Part shown: positions 63,968 through 64,000 of the stretch, piece by piece
How positions within the stretch are numbered: the first letter of the stretch is position 1
Layout of the letters: every line of letters begins with the position of its first letter
NCBI GenBank assembly: GCA_010405405.1
Contig: MU004244.1
Location: forward strand, 933,895-997,894
Length of the DNA: 64,000 bases
Direction of reading: 5' to 3'
Source of the DNA: Microthyrium microscopicum
Lineage: Eukaryota
The notes under the pieces: model-generated
The model's input: the letters and a program-made list of their open reading frames with translations, nothing else
Told to the model about the DNA's origin: nothing
Database searches by the model: none
Position numbers and translations under genes: made by a program

Positions 63968-64000
63968 GTCATGCCCCCTGTAGGGTCGCGATTGAGGTGG

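Overview
Intron-containing genomic DNA from a filamentous ascomycete (GT-AG introns of about 45-60 nt with CTAAC/CTAAT branch sites, plus a strongly RIP-mutated block). 2.2-9.7 kb encodes a ~2,490-aa Pro/Glu-rich disordered protein. 10-29 kb is a sparse accessory region with orphan genes, two MITE-like inverted-repeat elements, a dispersed CCATC-N6/7-GATGG repeat family, an Arg/Asp/Glu-rich protein, a carboxylesterase, and a 3-exon gene fusing a papain-like (C1A) domain with a Cys-to-Ser active site to a fucose-lectin-type beta-propeller. 29.4-48 kb is a compact housekeeping block (GLE2/RAE1, RAD52, ELP1/IKI3, PPC decarboxylase, GRX5, LTO1-like, RPS23, an MFS permease, a siderophore-iron transporter). 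48.7-58.3 kb is one ~9.6-kb RIP-destroyed element with ~120-bp TGT...ACA terminal inverted repeats. Nested inside it is an unmutated 573-bp non-coding mini LTR retroelement (TRIM-like) with identical 172-bp LTRs, a 5-bp TSD, a PPT and a primer-binding site complementary to its own LTR (Tf1-type self-priming). The window ends with a C2H2 + fungal-TF-domain regulator. All calls come from manual reading and motif recall; no searches were run.
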